This document shows, piece after piece, positions 12,241-23,256 of a DNA stretch of 64,000 bases. The first letter of the stretch is position 1. The number at the start of each line of letters is the position of its first letter. This stretch comes from Rhizaria sp. SCN 62-66 (Eukaryota): NCBI GenBank assembly GCA_001724265.1, contig MEDY01000036.1, forward strand, positions 62,001-126,000, given 5' to 3'. The position numbers and the translations under genes were made by a program. The notes beneath the pieces were generated by a model. The model was not told the origin of the DNA. It saw only the letters and a program-made list of their open reading frames with translations, and made no database searches.

Positions 12241-15200
12241 ATGGACCCCTTCGCGTCCATGTACGCCTCGCCGTCGTCGCGGCAAACGCGGCCCGTCTAC
12301 ACTAAGGACCACGCCTACAACGCCGCCATGGCCGGGCCCCGTCCTGCCCAGCATTACCACGCACAGCACCCCGGCACCCGCGCCGCGCACAACAATGGCA
12401 CCAACTACGTTGACTCCTCGTCCTCCTCAGCCCAGCAGCAGGGAGGTGTTGTCAGTTCCAACGTCGGCGCTCTCAGCGGCGTTTCATCGGCGTCCTCTGT
12501 GCCATCGTACACGCCGCTGCCGTACTCGCAGCTGGCTTTTGCGCAGGTGGTGCCCGTGGCGCTCAGCACGCCGGGCCGCGAGCGCCGCGTGCTGCCTCTG
12601 ACGTGCAAGATCTTCGTCTCTTTCCCCGCCTCGGCATCGGCCTCGACGCTGCCCGATAACCACAACGGCGGCGTTCAGGGCCACCACGGTCACAGCCCTG
12701 CTGCTGCCGGCCGCGCCGCCGCGAACGCGGGCATCAATACGACGGGCACGCAACGCGCGCTGCTGCTGCAGCTGACGGACGAGACAGATCCCTACTTCCT
12801 CTACACCATGACTCTGACCGAGTCCGTGTTCCTCACGCTCAAGCGCGAACAGGACCTCGTCGTCGACTTCGGCGGCCTCCCCGCCTATCTCATCCGCCTT
12901 CTCGAGCACTGCATCGCCGTCCCCACCGCTAGCGGTGTGAACAACGGCTCGCGCAGCAACGCCCAGTCGGGCCACAGCACTGCCAACACCACGGCGGTGA
13001 ACCTCACTAACAACGCCAACGCCGCGACGCCCGCCCGCCGTGCCGCGCCCGCCGCGGTGAACTCGAGCGCTGCCGCGGCGTCGTCGTACCCGCCGTCGCC
13101 CGACATGACCGCTATGACTGCGCTCGATGAATCGTTCGCGTCCTTGACTACCGTGCCCGACCGCTCCTTCGCGCAGCTCATGCGCTCGCCGCCCGCAAAC
13201 GCCTCCGCCGCTGCTGCCGCCGCCGCTGTGGCCGCGGCTCACGGTCACTCGGCGAGCGCGCACGGGCGCAACGCTGCTGCCGCCGCTGCCGCTGCCGCTG
13301 CTGCTGCTGCGGCTCCGAAGTTCACTGCCGTGCTCGAGCTCACTGCCCGCGCTTCCGCCGGCTTTGATGATGACAGTGATAGCAATGGCTACTACCACGG
13401 TGAGGCCAGCCCTGAAGACACCCCCGGCAAGCACTATGGCCACAACGGCCAACCCCGGTCAAACACCGGCAATACTGCTGGTAGCACTGCGAGTAGCACT
13501 GTGTGGGATTGCAGTCTGCGCATCATCGAGAGCAACCAGTTCAAACACATCCAGCACCTCGCGCTGGCCGTAACACCGGGCAACGACGCGGGCGTCAAGG
13601 TCTACCTCGCGGAGCGCCTCATGGCGGCCAAGCGCGTTGTCGCAGACCTGCGCGCCGCCCTCTCGCGCGCGCAGGCCGACGCCGCCGCGCGCGCGGCCTC
13701 GGCGGCGGCGCTGGGGCAGGAGACGGCGGCGCTGCGGGCGCAGCAGGCGAGGGCTGCCGAGGATGCCGCGCGCGCGCATGCCGACGCCGTTTCTGCGCTG
13801 CGGCGCGCGCACGGGGACGAGCTGCAGGCTGTGCGCGCCACTGCCGACTCGCGCGTCGCCGAGAGCGATACCCGCCGCCGCGCGGACGCTGCCGAGGCCG
13901 CCGAGGCCGCCGCCGCGCTCAGGGCCGAGCTCAGCGCGGCCACGACGGCGCTCGCAGAGGCCGAGGCCGCGCGGCGCAGCGGCGAGGCGGCGCTGGCGGC
14001 GGCGACGCACGAGCTTGCCATCACGCGGGACGAGCGCGATAGGCTCGCGGGCAGGAAGGAGAGCCTCGAGACGGCGCTTGCCGCTGCAGAGCGCGCGGGA
14101 CAGCAGAGCCAGGTACGTCGCAAGCAGTCTAAATGTAAATCGCGATATGATTGGTCTATTTCGAAAATAACAATCTGTACTTAAACGTGTTGTACACTTT
14201 CTTATTGAAGTTCAATTTTTTTTCATAATTCTCACCGATTCGCATTTTAATATATCTTTTGTTTTGTTTTGTAGGTCCGTCTGGCCTCGCTGGAGGAGCG
14301 CGTGGCGCAGCAGGACGCGGCCCTCGCGGCGACCAGCACGCGCGCCGCCGCCGCCGAGGTGCGCGCGCGCGAGGACGGCGACACGCTGGCCGTGTTCAAG
14401 CGCGCCAACGCGGGCTTCGAGCGCAAGCTGGCCGAGGCGGCGGGCGAGATCGACAAGGCGAACCGTGTGATTGCGGTGCTGCAGACGGAGCTTAAGGCCG
14501 CGCGCGCGAAGGCCAAGACGCGCGGCGCTGCGGCGGCAGTCGCCGAGGGCAAGACTGGCGAGGCCGCGGCGGCCGTGGCGGAACTGCGGGGCGAGTTGGC
14601 GGCGGCGCGCGCGGCGGCGGCGGCGGCCGAGGCGGCGGCGGCGGCGCGCGCGGCCGAGACCAAGGCGGCGCAGGAGCAGCTGCACGAGGCGCGGGAAGGA
14701 CTGGCCGAGAGCGCGCGCATGATCGAGTGGCTCAACAAGGAGGTCGACCGCGCCAGCTCCAGCGCGCTCAACGCCAGCAGCGGCAGCAGCGGTCACCGTC
14801 AGACTGCGCTCACAGTCGCTCGCGGCAGCAACTCTGGCGGGAGCGCTAACAAGACTGCCTTTGTGACCGCGCTTGCTGACCCGCTTGTTAACCGTGCGAC
14901 TGCTGTAGGCGGCAATTCTGGCTACGGCGCGAGCGACGCGTTTGTGCCGACCTTTTCCCCTTTCAGCCCTACTTTGCTCCACACGCCTGCTGCCGCTGCC
15001 ACTGCTGCTGGGACCGTGTCCGCGGCAGCGGTGCTGACCGTGCCAGTCTCGGTACGCTCGCCGCTGCACGTTACGAACGCACTCGCGCGCGCTGGCTTTA
15101 ACAGCAACAACGGCAATGGCAGTAACGCGAATGGCACTGTGAGCGCGTTCACGTCGCCTGCGCACGTGTCGATTCTCAACAACACGACGTTCGCCAACAA

Positions 15201-16227
15201 CACCACCAATCTTGCCAGCGCCAGTGCGAGCAAGGGCGCCCCGCACAGCCCCGCGCTCATCGGCGCCGGCGTGACCGTGAGCCCCGGCGTGACCGTGGGC
15301 AGCGGGGTGACCGTGAGCGGCCCAGGCCTCGCCCGCAGTCACAACCACGGTCATAACGGCCTCACAGAGCAGGGCCACACAGCGCCGCATGATTTGGCTG
15401 GGCTGAGCTCGCCGTTCCACCCGCGCTTCCCCGCGCTGTCCTCCGCGCCCGGCTCCCCCGCCGGCGCGAGTCACAACACCGCCGCCACCACCGCTGTCGT
15501 GAGCGGCGCTGGGACTGCTGGCGACGCGCCGACGCCGCGCACCGCGGTGCCGCGGCCCACGCCCATCAGCGCAGCCATTTCTGCCCTCGGGGCCGCCGGC
15601 GCGGCGCACCACAACAACAACAACAGTGCGTTTGCGCTAGGATCCACGGGCTCTCCCTTCGGCCCCTCGCGTCCCCACACCGGCATCACCACTGTCAGCG
15701 AGACGAGCTCTAGCTCAAGCTCGCCGTTGCGCTCGTCATTTCTCCCCCCTTCTGCCGTGACGGCTGACAGCGTCAGCAGCAGCAGTGGCAGTGGCAGTCC
15801 CACCCCTATCGCTGCCCCTGTACACGCTCACAATCAAGCTCACGGCCACTCGGCCGCGGGCGTGATGTCGCCGCTGTCGCCACACTCGGCCCGCCTCACC
15901 AGCTCGCTGCTCTCGCTGCAGCAGCGCTGGGGCGTCGGCGCCGCCGCGAACGCCACGGACGCCGTTGCCGCAGGTACTGTCACTGGTCCCGCTGCGGGGA
16001 CGCACAGTGCTGAGCTCGACGATGAGGACGAGGACGATTATGACGCGTATGCACAGTACGCCGCTGCGTTTGCGGCGCCCGACGACCCGCTACCGCTCCC
16101 TCGCCTCTTCACTATGGGCGACACCAACGCCGTGCAAAACAACAACAGCAATGCGAGCCAGCTCGAGGCACTGCCCGCGGCGACGGTGCACGGGGCGGGT
16201 GCGAGCATGTCCAGCGCGTACTTCTAA
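12241..16227 (+). CDS. SAS6: Centriolar cartwheel protein SAS-6; exons 12241-14112, 14275-16227 (~1274 aa)
   Basis: PISA head motif 'LTDETDPYFLY...FLTLKREQDLVVDF...LIRLLEHC' and 'IESNQFKHIQHLAL...GND..VKVYLA', then an Ala-rich coiled coil containing 'MIEWLNKEV'; stop is TAA. Confidence 0.92.
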
Positions 16228-16545
16228 ATTCAACAAAGTACCTCATGTGTGTTGATATTAGCGTGATTAATTCGTATTTTGTTTATATATTCATATACAT
16301 ATGTACACTGTATATTCGTGGAAGGCTCTTTGCTTTGTTTCGTAATACATCTGTTCGACTTCCGTACCAAAACGTTTAAATATACATGTAAGCTTAAGTA
16401 AAAAACAAAAAGGCGATATCAACTACTAAAGACGATATCAACTCACGGAAGAGATTAAGATGTGTCGCTGTCAGCATTAAGATCAGTGAATATATTTGTT
16501 TATTGTGTCATCTGTCGAGTTGAGTACCGGCTTCATAGGACGCAG

Positions 16546-18525
16546 TCAGTTGTACTGATGCAGCCGCAGCAGCTTCTCCGGCGCGCACTCGGCCCTGCAG
16601 AGCGGGCAGCGCGGCTCCTTGCGCACAGCAACGGCAATGCAGCCCCAGCAGAAAAGGTGGCCGCAGTCTGTAGCCGTCGTGTGTGTGCGCGGCTCCATGC
16701 AAATCACGCACGTGCTGGTCGGCCGCGTCTCGAGCACCACAACCTCCACAGCAGCACCACCAGCAACAGCGCCGACATTCGCAACGACGCCAGCAGCAGT
16801 AGCAGCCGTTGCAGAGCTATTCGTGCTGTTGTTTGCGCTGTAGTAGTAGCCGCCGAGCAGAGGACCGTCCTCCGCCTCCTCGACCCCCCTTACACTTGTC
16901 TTGCAGCCGCTATCACTATCTGTGTTCGAGTTGCCACTCGAGTTGCTGTTGCTGTTGCTGTTGTTGATGTTGTTAGTTAGCATGAGGGTGGACTCCAAGG
17001 CCTCAATCCCGCCAGCCGCCTCCGCTTCAGCGTCGACTTCAGCCAGAAACGGCGTCAAATCACGCAAATCGGCGTATTTTTCACTCTCAAGCCCCTCGGC
17101 CTCGGCCGCCGCTTCCGCTTCCGCGGCTGCAGCGGTTTCGCGCTGCCTCGCCGCCTCGGCCGCAGCCGCAGCCTCCGCCTTAACGCGCGCGCGCTCGAGC
17201 CGGACCGCATCACTAACAACCGCACCGCCGGCGCTCTCGTAATCGTCGTCGCCTTTGTGATAGCTGCTGCTCAGCGCGCCGACGTCGTTGCTGTTGCTGC
17301 TATGCTCCCGCATGGCGCGCGCCCGCGCGAGCTGCGCCTGCCAGCGCCGCTGCGCCGCGGCCGTGAGTTGGCGCACGGCCACGGCGGCGGCCTGCTTCTC
17401 GCGCGCGCGCGCCGTGCGGAGCCGGTCCCAGTGCGCGCGTCGCGCCGCCCGCGCGCGCGCCGCCGCCAACCGCCGGCCCGCGGCGACGAGCAGGCGCAGG
17501 GACAGCAGGAAGGCCAGCACGGCGAGCTGCGTGCGATGGCCGGGCCGCGAGAGCGCAACGTAGCGGACGCCGGCGAGACGGTGCGCGAGCGTGTAGTAGG
17601 CGCCCGCGGCGTAGAAGGCGAGCAGGTGCAGCGGCGCGATGACGGGCTCCCACGAGCGGTGCCAGTGCAGCGCCAGCCGCAGCGCATGCAGCGCCGCCGT
17701 GGGGACAGTCTGCGTCGCCGAGAAGCGCAGCAGCGCAGCGTAGTGGCGGATAAAGCGGGCGACGCGGGCAAAGAAAGATGGCTTTTGTGGCGCTGCGCTC
17801 GCACTGTTTATCGCACCGTTGTTGATGTCGCTGCTAACTGAGTCGGAGTAACGGAATTGCGGTAGATGCAATGCCGGACGCGCACTAGGCGTGAATTTGG
17901 CGGCCAAATAGGGGCCAACGGTGTTGAGGAACACGTAGATGGCCCTGTGTACCGGCGCGAGCGGTGAGTAGGCGAGCGTCGGCGGCAGCTGGACCGCGTG
18001 CGGAGACTGCCTGAGGGGCTCCGCCGCTGCTGACTCAGTCACTGTTGCAGGTTGAAAAAGCGCATGAGCAGCAGCAGCAACAGTCGCAGTCGCAGACTCG
18101 TCATCCAAGCGGGAGCTGGGGTCCGCGCTCGACGTGGCGACCGTCGGCGGTGGCAGGGGCGGGTCCGAGGCCGCGGGGGCGCGGGGGCCGAAGAGCAGCG
18201 CGTCCGCGGCCGGCAGCGCCAGCGACGAGCCCGGGTTGGCCGTGTCGACAAGCAGGGCCGCGCGGCGCGGCTCCGCGGGTGAGATGGTCGGCGCGAGCGG
18301 AAAGAGGTCGCAGTACTCCTCGCCCATGGTGCGCCCGCCCGCGAGCGTCGTGGCGCCGTAGTACGCGAGGGAGCACGCCAAGTCAATTTCCGCGCTAAAG
18401 CGGGTCGCGTTCTGGCGGAAAAGCTGTTGTGCGATGTCTTTGACTTCGTGGCGCATGGAATCGACGTAGGAGACATCCTTTTGGGAGGCGCGAATGAGTT
18501 CCGGCTGCGGTGCCCAGAGGAACAT
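16546..18525 (-). CDS. PEX10: Peroxisome biogenesis factor 10 (Pex2/Pex12 N-terminal domain plus C3HC4 RING)
   Basis: 'APQPELIRASQKD', 'RTMGEEYCD', 'LHLLAFY..GAYY..AHRL.GVRY' and C-terminal 'CVIC...CGHLFCWGC...CPLCR'; stop is TGA. Confidence 0.93.
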   Translation of the reverse strand: MFLWAPQPELIRASQKDVSYVDSMRHEVKDIAQQLFRQNATRFSAEIDLACSLAYYGATTLAGGRTMGEEYCDLFPLAPTISPAEPRRAALLVDTANPGSSLALPAADALLFGPRAPAASDPPLPPPTVATSSADPSSRLDDESATATVAAAAHALFQPATVTESAAAEPLRQSPHAVQLPPTLAYSPLAPVHRAIYVFLNTVGPYLAAKFTPSARPALHLPQFRYSDSVSSDINNGAINSASAAPQKPSFFARVARFIRHYAALLRFSATQTVPTAALHALRLALHWHRSWEPVIAPLHLLAFYAAGAYYTLAHRLAGVRYVALSRPGHRTQLAVLAFLLSLRLLVAAGRRLAAARARAARRAHWDRLRTARAREKQAAAVAVRQLTAAAQRRWQAQLARARAMREHSSNSNDVGALSSSYHKGDDDYESAGGAVVSDAVRLERARVKAEAAAAAEAARQRETAAAAEAEAAAEAEGLESEKYADLRDLTPFLAEVDAEAEAAGGIEALESTLMLTNNINNSNSNSNSSGNSNTDSDSGCKTSVRGVEEAEDGPLLGGYYYSANNSTNSSATAATAAGVVANVGAVAGGAAVEVVVLETRPTSTCVICMEPRTHTTATDCGHLFCWGCIAVAVRKEPRCPLCRAECAPEKLLRLHQYN

Positions 18526-18933
18526 CGCGCAACACCTACTGATTGGAAAGATCGCATACAGAGATAGATTTGTGAGTGAATATGAATTATTTACAAGCTA
18601 TTGCACCATGGTTCAGTACGCATACTTCGGTTGACGGTCCCTGTGAGCAGGTATCTAGGAGGCCGAATGCACTCGACTCGACTTCAGCAGTCGACGCTGG
18701 CTCGTGGTGGCTTGAAGGGGGTCAGAGCCGTTGGATGTAAACACCACTCATGTTCTACAGTCTGATCGTCAAACTCAAATGCACACACTTATATCTATTT
18801 TTTGTATTGTATATTTTTTATGATTTAAATTATAGAGCACGAAACTTTAACTAATAGCTGCATCTAGCTTCGTTCGTGTCTAGGCTCTTGATAGCGTCCG
18901 CACTCCCCTTGCGTTGCTGCATTGCTCCTGCCT

Positions 18934-21900
18934 ATGAGCCGTCCCGTGTTCTCCCTCGGTGACGATCTTGTCACCGTGGACACCGCTACTGACAGCCTGC
19001 TCTCCGCTATTCGCGTGACCTCCCTCGCTTCCGGCCTCACCACAACCACTCACACAGCATCAGGCGACACCGTGACAGGCGCCTCTGCGTTGCTGCCGTC
19101 CACAGCCTTTGCCGCGACTGCCAGCGGTGCGTCATCGTTGCTGCGCCCTTTGCCGACTCTGGAGGCGCTGACGCAGGCGCTTCCACGCAGCGTTACTGGC
19201 GCTATCGTTGCTGGCCACGACTCAATCCTCTCGTCCCCCTCATCGACCCACAGCATCAACAGCAACAGCAGCAGTGCAGCTGTGGCCGCAAGTGGCGATG
19301 TGAAGGCGGGCAAGCGCGTGTTTGCGCCGCTGCCGTGGCAGGAGAACGGTGGGATCCGCGACCTCACGCGGCCCGTGCGTAGGGCAGACTCCACTGCCAA
19401 CAGCGGTAACCGCAGTGCTCCCAATAATAGCAATCCCAATCCTAACCCAAGTGCGAGCGCGAGTGCAGGCGGGGTGCAGTGGGGGGTTGATGCGCTGTCG
19501 AGCGACGACGAGGCCGACGCTGCTGTTGAGACAGTGCTCAAACAGCTTGCGTTCGGACATGCGATCACTGAAGACAACAGCGATGACACGAATCAGATCA
19601 GCTCGAGTGTGAAGAGCCCTCCATACAGTGATCTCAAGTCGGGCGGCGCTGGCTTTGTTGTTGATGTTACTGACTCTGTCCCGGCCCCTTCTACCACCAC
19701 TAACAACATCACGCTAAACTCTAACGCCCACACACTCTGCAGCCCACAGTCACCGTCAAAGCCCCATGCGCAGTCCGCTGCCGCCACTGGGGCGTCGTCG
19801 CGGCTGGCCGCGCTTGTCTCCGGCTGGGGCCACGCCACGGCGGCCCGCGGCGGCGCGGCGGGGCTCGCTGCGCACAGTCAGCTGCTGGCTGCGCTCTGCG
19901 ACGTCGGTGATAACGGTGGCGCCGACGGGGCGCTGCGGCGACTCGCGGGCGCAGCCATCGTGAGCGGGGGCGCGGCTCAGCAGGTGCAGAGCGATGATGC
20001 CAACATGGACAACACTATTGAGGACGAAGTTGTTGCTATTGGGAGTAAATATGCCGACAGTGACGACATCGGTGGGTTCGCTGCCGCTCTCGCTGCTGCA
20101 GCTGCTGTTGCACACAATGACGACGAAAATGCGATTTTGAGTGGTTTCGCTGCTGTTTCTGACGACAATGACGATGGGGACGATAACGACAACGGATATG
20201 AGTCTGACGCTAAGACGTTGCCTCCGTGGGAGTCGATTCTCGCCGCCGCTGCTGCTGCCAAGTCTCCTGCCGCCGATGCCGCTGCTGCGACGAATGGCAC
20301 AGCTAAGAATGACGGCGAGTTGCTCAAAGTGTCCGAGTTCAGCGACAACGACGACGACGACGACGATGAGACCTACGGCAAGCAAGTCATCCCGGCTGAG
20401 AAGAAGAGCGACGTCGACGAGGATGACCTGATGGCGAAGCTCGTCTCCGCCGGTGCGCTCATTCTCCCTCCGTCGATGCGCTCTGTGAAGAAGAGCAACG
20501 ACAACAAAAACACGGCAAGTAAAGTTGGCGACAGTAATACGAAGGCTCACTCTCGCATTCAGGCGAATCTTGGTGATAATGACAACAACGCTAAGATTAT
20601 TAGCCCGTCTTCCTCGACTCCTGCCCCTGCCAACCTCACCGGTGCCGCGAATGTCTCTGCCCCCGCTTCTGCTGCTGTTGGTGACGCCGCTGACGACGAC
20701 GACGATGATGACGATGGCTACATCTTATCGAGCAGCTATTTGCACTCGAAGTACCTCAATGCACTGCCTAGTGACACCACTAACCTGCGTGATACGGCAA
20801 CTGATGTCCACACGAACACAAGCAGAAGCAGGAGCAACTACAACGACAGTCTCGTCAACGACAGTAAATCTGCTGACTCCGCGCTCAGGCAGGTGTCGTC
20901 CTACTTGTCCCACGCGCTCGCTTCCTCCTGTGCGCTGCCGCCGCCCTCGGTGCTGCCGTACGCAGATGTTAAGCCGCATTACCTCCGCGACGATAGCGAC
21001 TACAACAAGGTCGACACGAGGGGTACAGAGTCCTACGCGCAACAGCAACCGTTTGCCTCATCATCTTCCTTGTCTTCTTCTTCATTTGCTTCTGCCTCGA
21101 GTGGTTCCGTCAATGTGGCCGCCGCGATGGACAGTACGCTCGCCGCGCTGGCCGCGAGCGACAGCGCGCTGCTGGCCTCCGCGCGCCGCGCAGTCACCAC
21201 TCAGTCACGCTTCCCTCAATCACAGTTGCAGCCGCAGCTCCAGTCTGAGTCGTTCGGTGGCGCCGGTGTCCACGGCAGTGTCCGCGGGAACGCTGCAGGG
21301 ATCACGATCGGAGACGGCGACATCAACGCTGACTACGACGACTACGAGAAGGAGGCCGCGTTTGTGCGCCGTGCACTGTTTGCCTCTCTCGGCAGCGATG
21401 CGCCAGTCATGAGTACGCAGCGGACCGATGACGCTCGCGCCGCTGTCGCCGCCGCCGCCAACGCCGCCGCAAGCGCTGCTGCAAACGCCGCCACTGCTGC
21501 GATCACCGCGCGTAGCGTCTACGTGCCCAGTGCAAGCGCGCTCGCGTCCACTGCAGGTGGTGTGCGCGAATCCAGTGCGAGGGCGAGTGCGTTTGCCGGC
21601 GTGGTGCAGCCGTCTGCCGAGCTCCTCGCGCGCTACGGCGACGCTTTTGTGGCGCCTACACTCGCCAAAGCGAGGCACGGGGTTGCTACGTCGCAATACA
21701 GCGTTGATACAGCGCGTTATAGTGCTGATACGGCAAGTTTCAGTGATAGTAATGCTGCTGCGGTGCGGTGCGGCAGTGCTGTTGAGAGCTGCGCTGGAAG
21801 CCAGCGCTATCAAAGCGGGTCCAGCTATCAGACCGCCGACGACAAGTTAGAGTCTACGCGTGCTGATATGTTGCCCGCTGCGTTTGCGGCTGTGTTTGTC

Positions 21901-22857
21901 TCGTCACCGCCGCCTCGCAGCGCAACTCAGCACACGGTGAGTATGAACGCTCGTGACCGTGAGCAACACTTCAGTGACCGTGAGCAGGAGTGGCAGCAGC
22001 AGCGCGCGCGGCTGATGTCGGACGACATTGCCTCGGCTCATAGTCGCATGATAGCTAAGGTTCTGTTGCCGCAGACGCCGTCACCGCAAAAGTACGCTCA
22101 TCAGTACAACATGAACAATAGCAACAGCAGTAGCTCGAGCAGCGACGACCTCCGCTTTAGTGACAGCGATAGAGCCAGTATGAATAGCTATGCTCACTGC
22201 TCGGCTGGCAGTCAATACCCTGCTCCGGCTGCGGCCGCTGCTGTCTACAGGCGCCCAACCTACGCCAACAGTCTTGCAGCGAACAAGTTTTCACTGTCTC
22301 GGCCTGACGCTGACGTTGCGCACGACTTCCTCGCGGTCTCGTCGCAGGCGCGCGCCACTGCCGCTGCGGCCGACGCGCGGTACTTGCCGGCCTTAAGTAC
22401 CCGTGAGTACGATGTGAGCACGCGTGACGGCGGGTACGACGTTAGCCCTCGCAGCAGTGCAAGTACACTTGATGCAGCCGCGCGCGGCGCTCTCGTGTAC
22501 AACACGCGCGCCAGCTGGGGCAACCACAGCTCAACCGTGCGTGGGAGCGCGACTCGAGCGACGGCGAGCCATGAGAACAGTAGCAGCAGCAACAAGAGCC
22601 GTTGCGCCGATGTCGGTGCTGGGCAGCTGATTCACGACTTAAACAACACAATGACGGCGCTGCGGCAAACGCGCGAGATGCTGTCTGCCGCAGGATACAA
22701 AACATCGCTCTCATCTGTTCATACGGCGACTGACTCGCGGCCTAACTTCACTGGGACAGACTATAACAGCGGTAACAATGGGCGTGGCTCGTATGGGTAT
22801 GGACTGTCGTTGGCGCGGAATCGCGGCAATGAGGGCGATCACTCGCTGTTCCTGTAA
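18934..22857 (+). CDS. Large low-complexity (Ala/Ser/Asp/Asn) protein of unknown function, single exon
   Basis: ~1300-codon open frame with coding-like composition, first ATG at 18934, TAA stop, AT-rich flanks. No recognisable domain. Confidence 0.7.
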   Translation: MSRPVFSLGDDLVTVDTATDSLLSAIRVTSLASGLTTTTHTASGDTVTGASALLPSTAFAATASGASSLLRPLPTLEALTQALPRSVTGAIVAGHDSILSSPSSTHSINSNSSSAAVAASGDVKAGKRVFAPLPWQENGGIRDLTRPVRRADSTANSGNRSAPNNSNPNPNPSASASAGGVQWGVDALSSDDEADAAVETVLKQLAFGHAITEDNSDDTNQISSSVKSPPYSDLKSGGAGFVVDVTDSVPAPSTTTNNITLNSNAHTLCSPQSPSKPHAQSAAATGASSRLAALVSGWGHATAARGGAAGLAAHSQLLAALCDVGDNGGADGALRRLAGAAIVSGGAAQQVQSDDANMDNTIEDEVVAIGSKYADSDDIGGFAAALAAAAAVAHNDDENAILSGFAAVSDDNDDGDDNDNGYESDAKTLPPWESILAAAAAAKSPAADAAAATNGTAKNDGELLKVSEFSDNDDDDDDETYGKQVIPAEKKSDVDEDDLMAKLVSAGALILPPSMRSVKKSNDNKNTASKVGDSNTKAHSRIQANLGDNDNNAKIISPSSSTPAPANLTGAANVSAPASAAVGDAADDDDDDDDGYILSSSYLHSKYLNALPSDTTNLRDTATDVHTNTSRSRSNYNDSLVNDSKSADSALRQVSSYLSHALASSCALPPPSVLPYADVKPHYLRDDSDYNKVDTRGTESYAQQQPFASSSSLSSSSFASASSGSVNVAAAMDSTLAALAASDSALLASARRAVTTQSRFPQSQLQPQLQSESFGGAGVHGSVRGNAAGITIGDGDINADYDDYEKEAAFVRRALFASLGSDAPVMSTQRTDDARAAVAAAANAAASAAANAATAAITARSVYVPSASALASTAGGVRESSARASAFAGVVQPSAELLARYGDAFVAPTLAKARHGVATSQYSVDTARYSADTASFSDSNAAAVRCGSAVESCAGSQRYQSGSSYQTADDKLESTRADMLPAAFAAVFVSSPPPRSATQHTVSMNARDREQHFSDREQEWQQQRARLMSDDIASAHSRMIAKVLLPQTPSPQKYAHQYNMNNSNSSSSSSDDLRFSDSDRASMNSYAHCSAGSQYPAPAAAAAVYRRPTYANSLAANKFSLSRPDADVAHDFLAVSSQARATAAAADARYLPALSTREYDVSTRDGGYDVSPRSSASTLDAAARGALVYNTRASWGNHSSTVRGSATRATASHENSSSSNKSRCADVGAGQLIHDLNNTMTALRQTREMLSAAGYKTSLSSVHTATDSRPNFTGTDYNSGNNGRGSYGYGLSLARNRGNEGDHSLFL

Positions 22858-23256
22858 AACATATCACCATCTGCGCTCGTTAGAAAGTGGAGCTTGAATA
22901 ACATCACTCAAATGATTATAATAATAATTCAGTTTTAAAATATAGATTTTTAGAGCAAATACAAAAGTGTTTAATACCAGAGTCAACTTGAAGTCATGAC
23001 TGTACGCAGAATGCATGCACAGTCATCTTGGTTTCACTCGCCACCGCGACAACAAGACGGCACTCTCCATCTTAAAACTTAACTGATCTTGCTACATAGA
23101 CGGAAAAACTCATTTTATAATGCCTTTTCAACGTGTTTTCAGGTTAATTTATTATTAAAAATGTATCTTGATACATGACCTTATTGCTTCAAGTTGTATT
23201 CTGCTTCCCCAACAAACCCCTATTCACTCTCCGCTGCCAGAGCGCGCGTCACGTAC

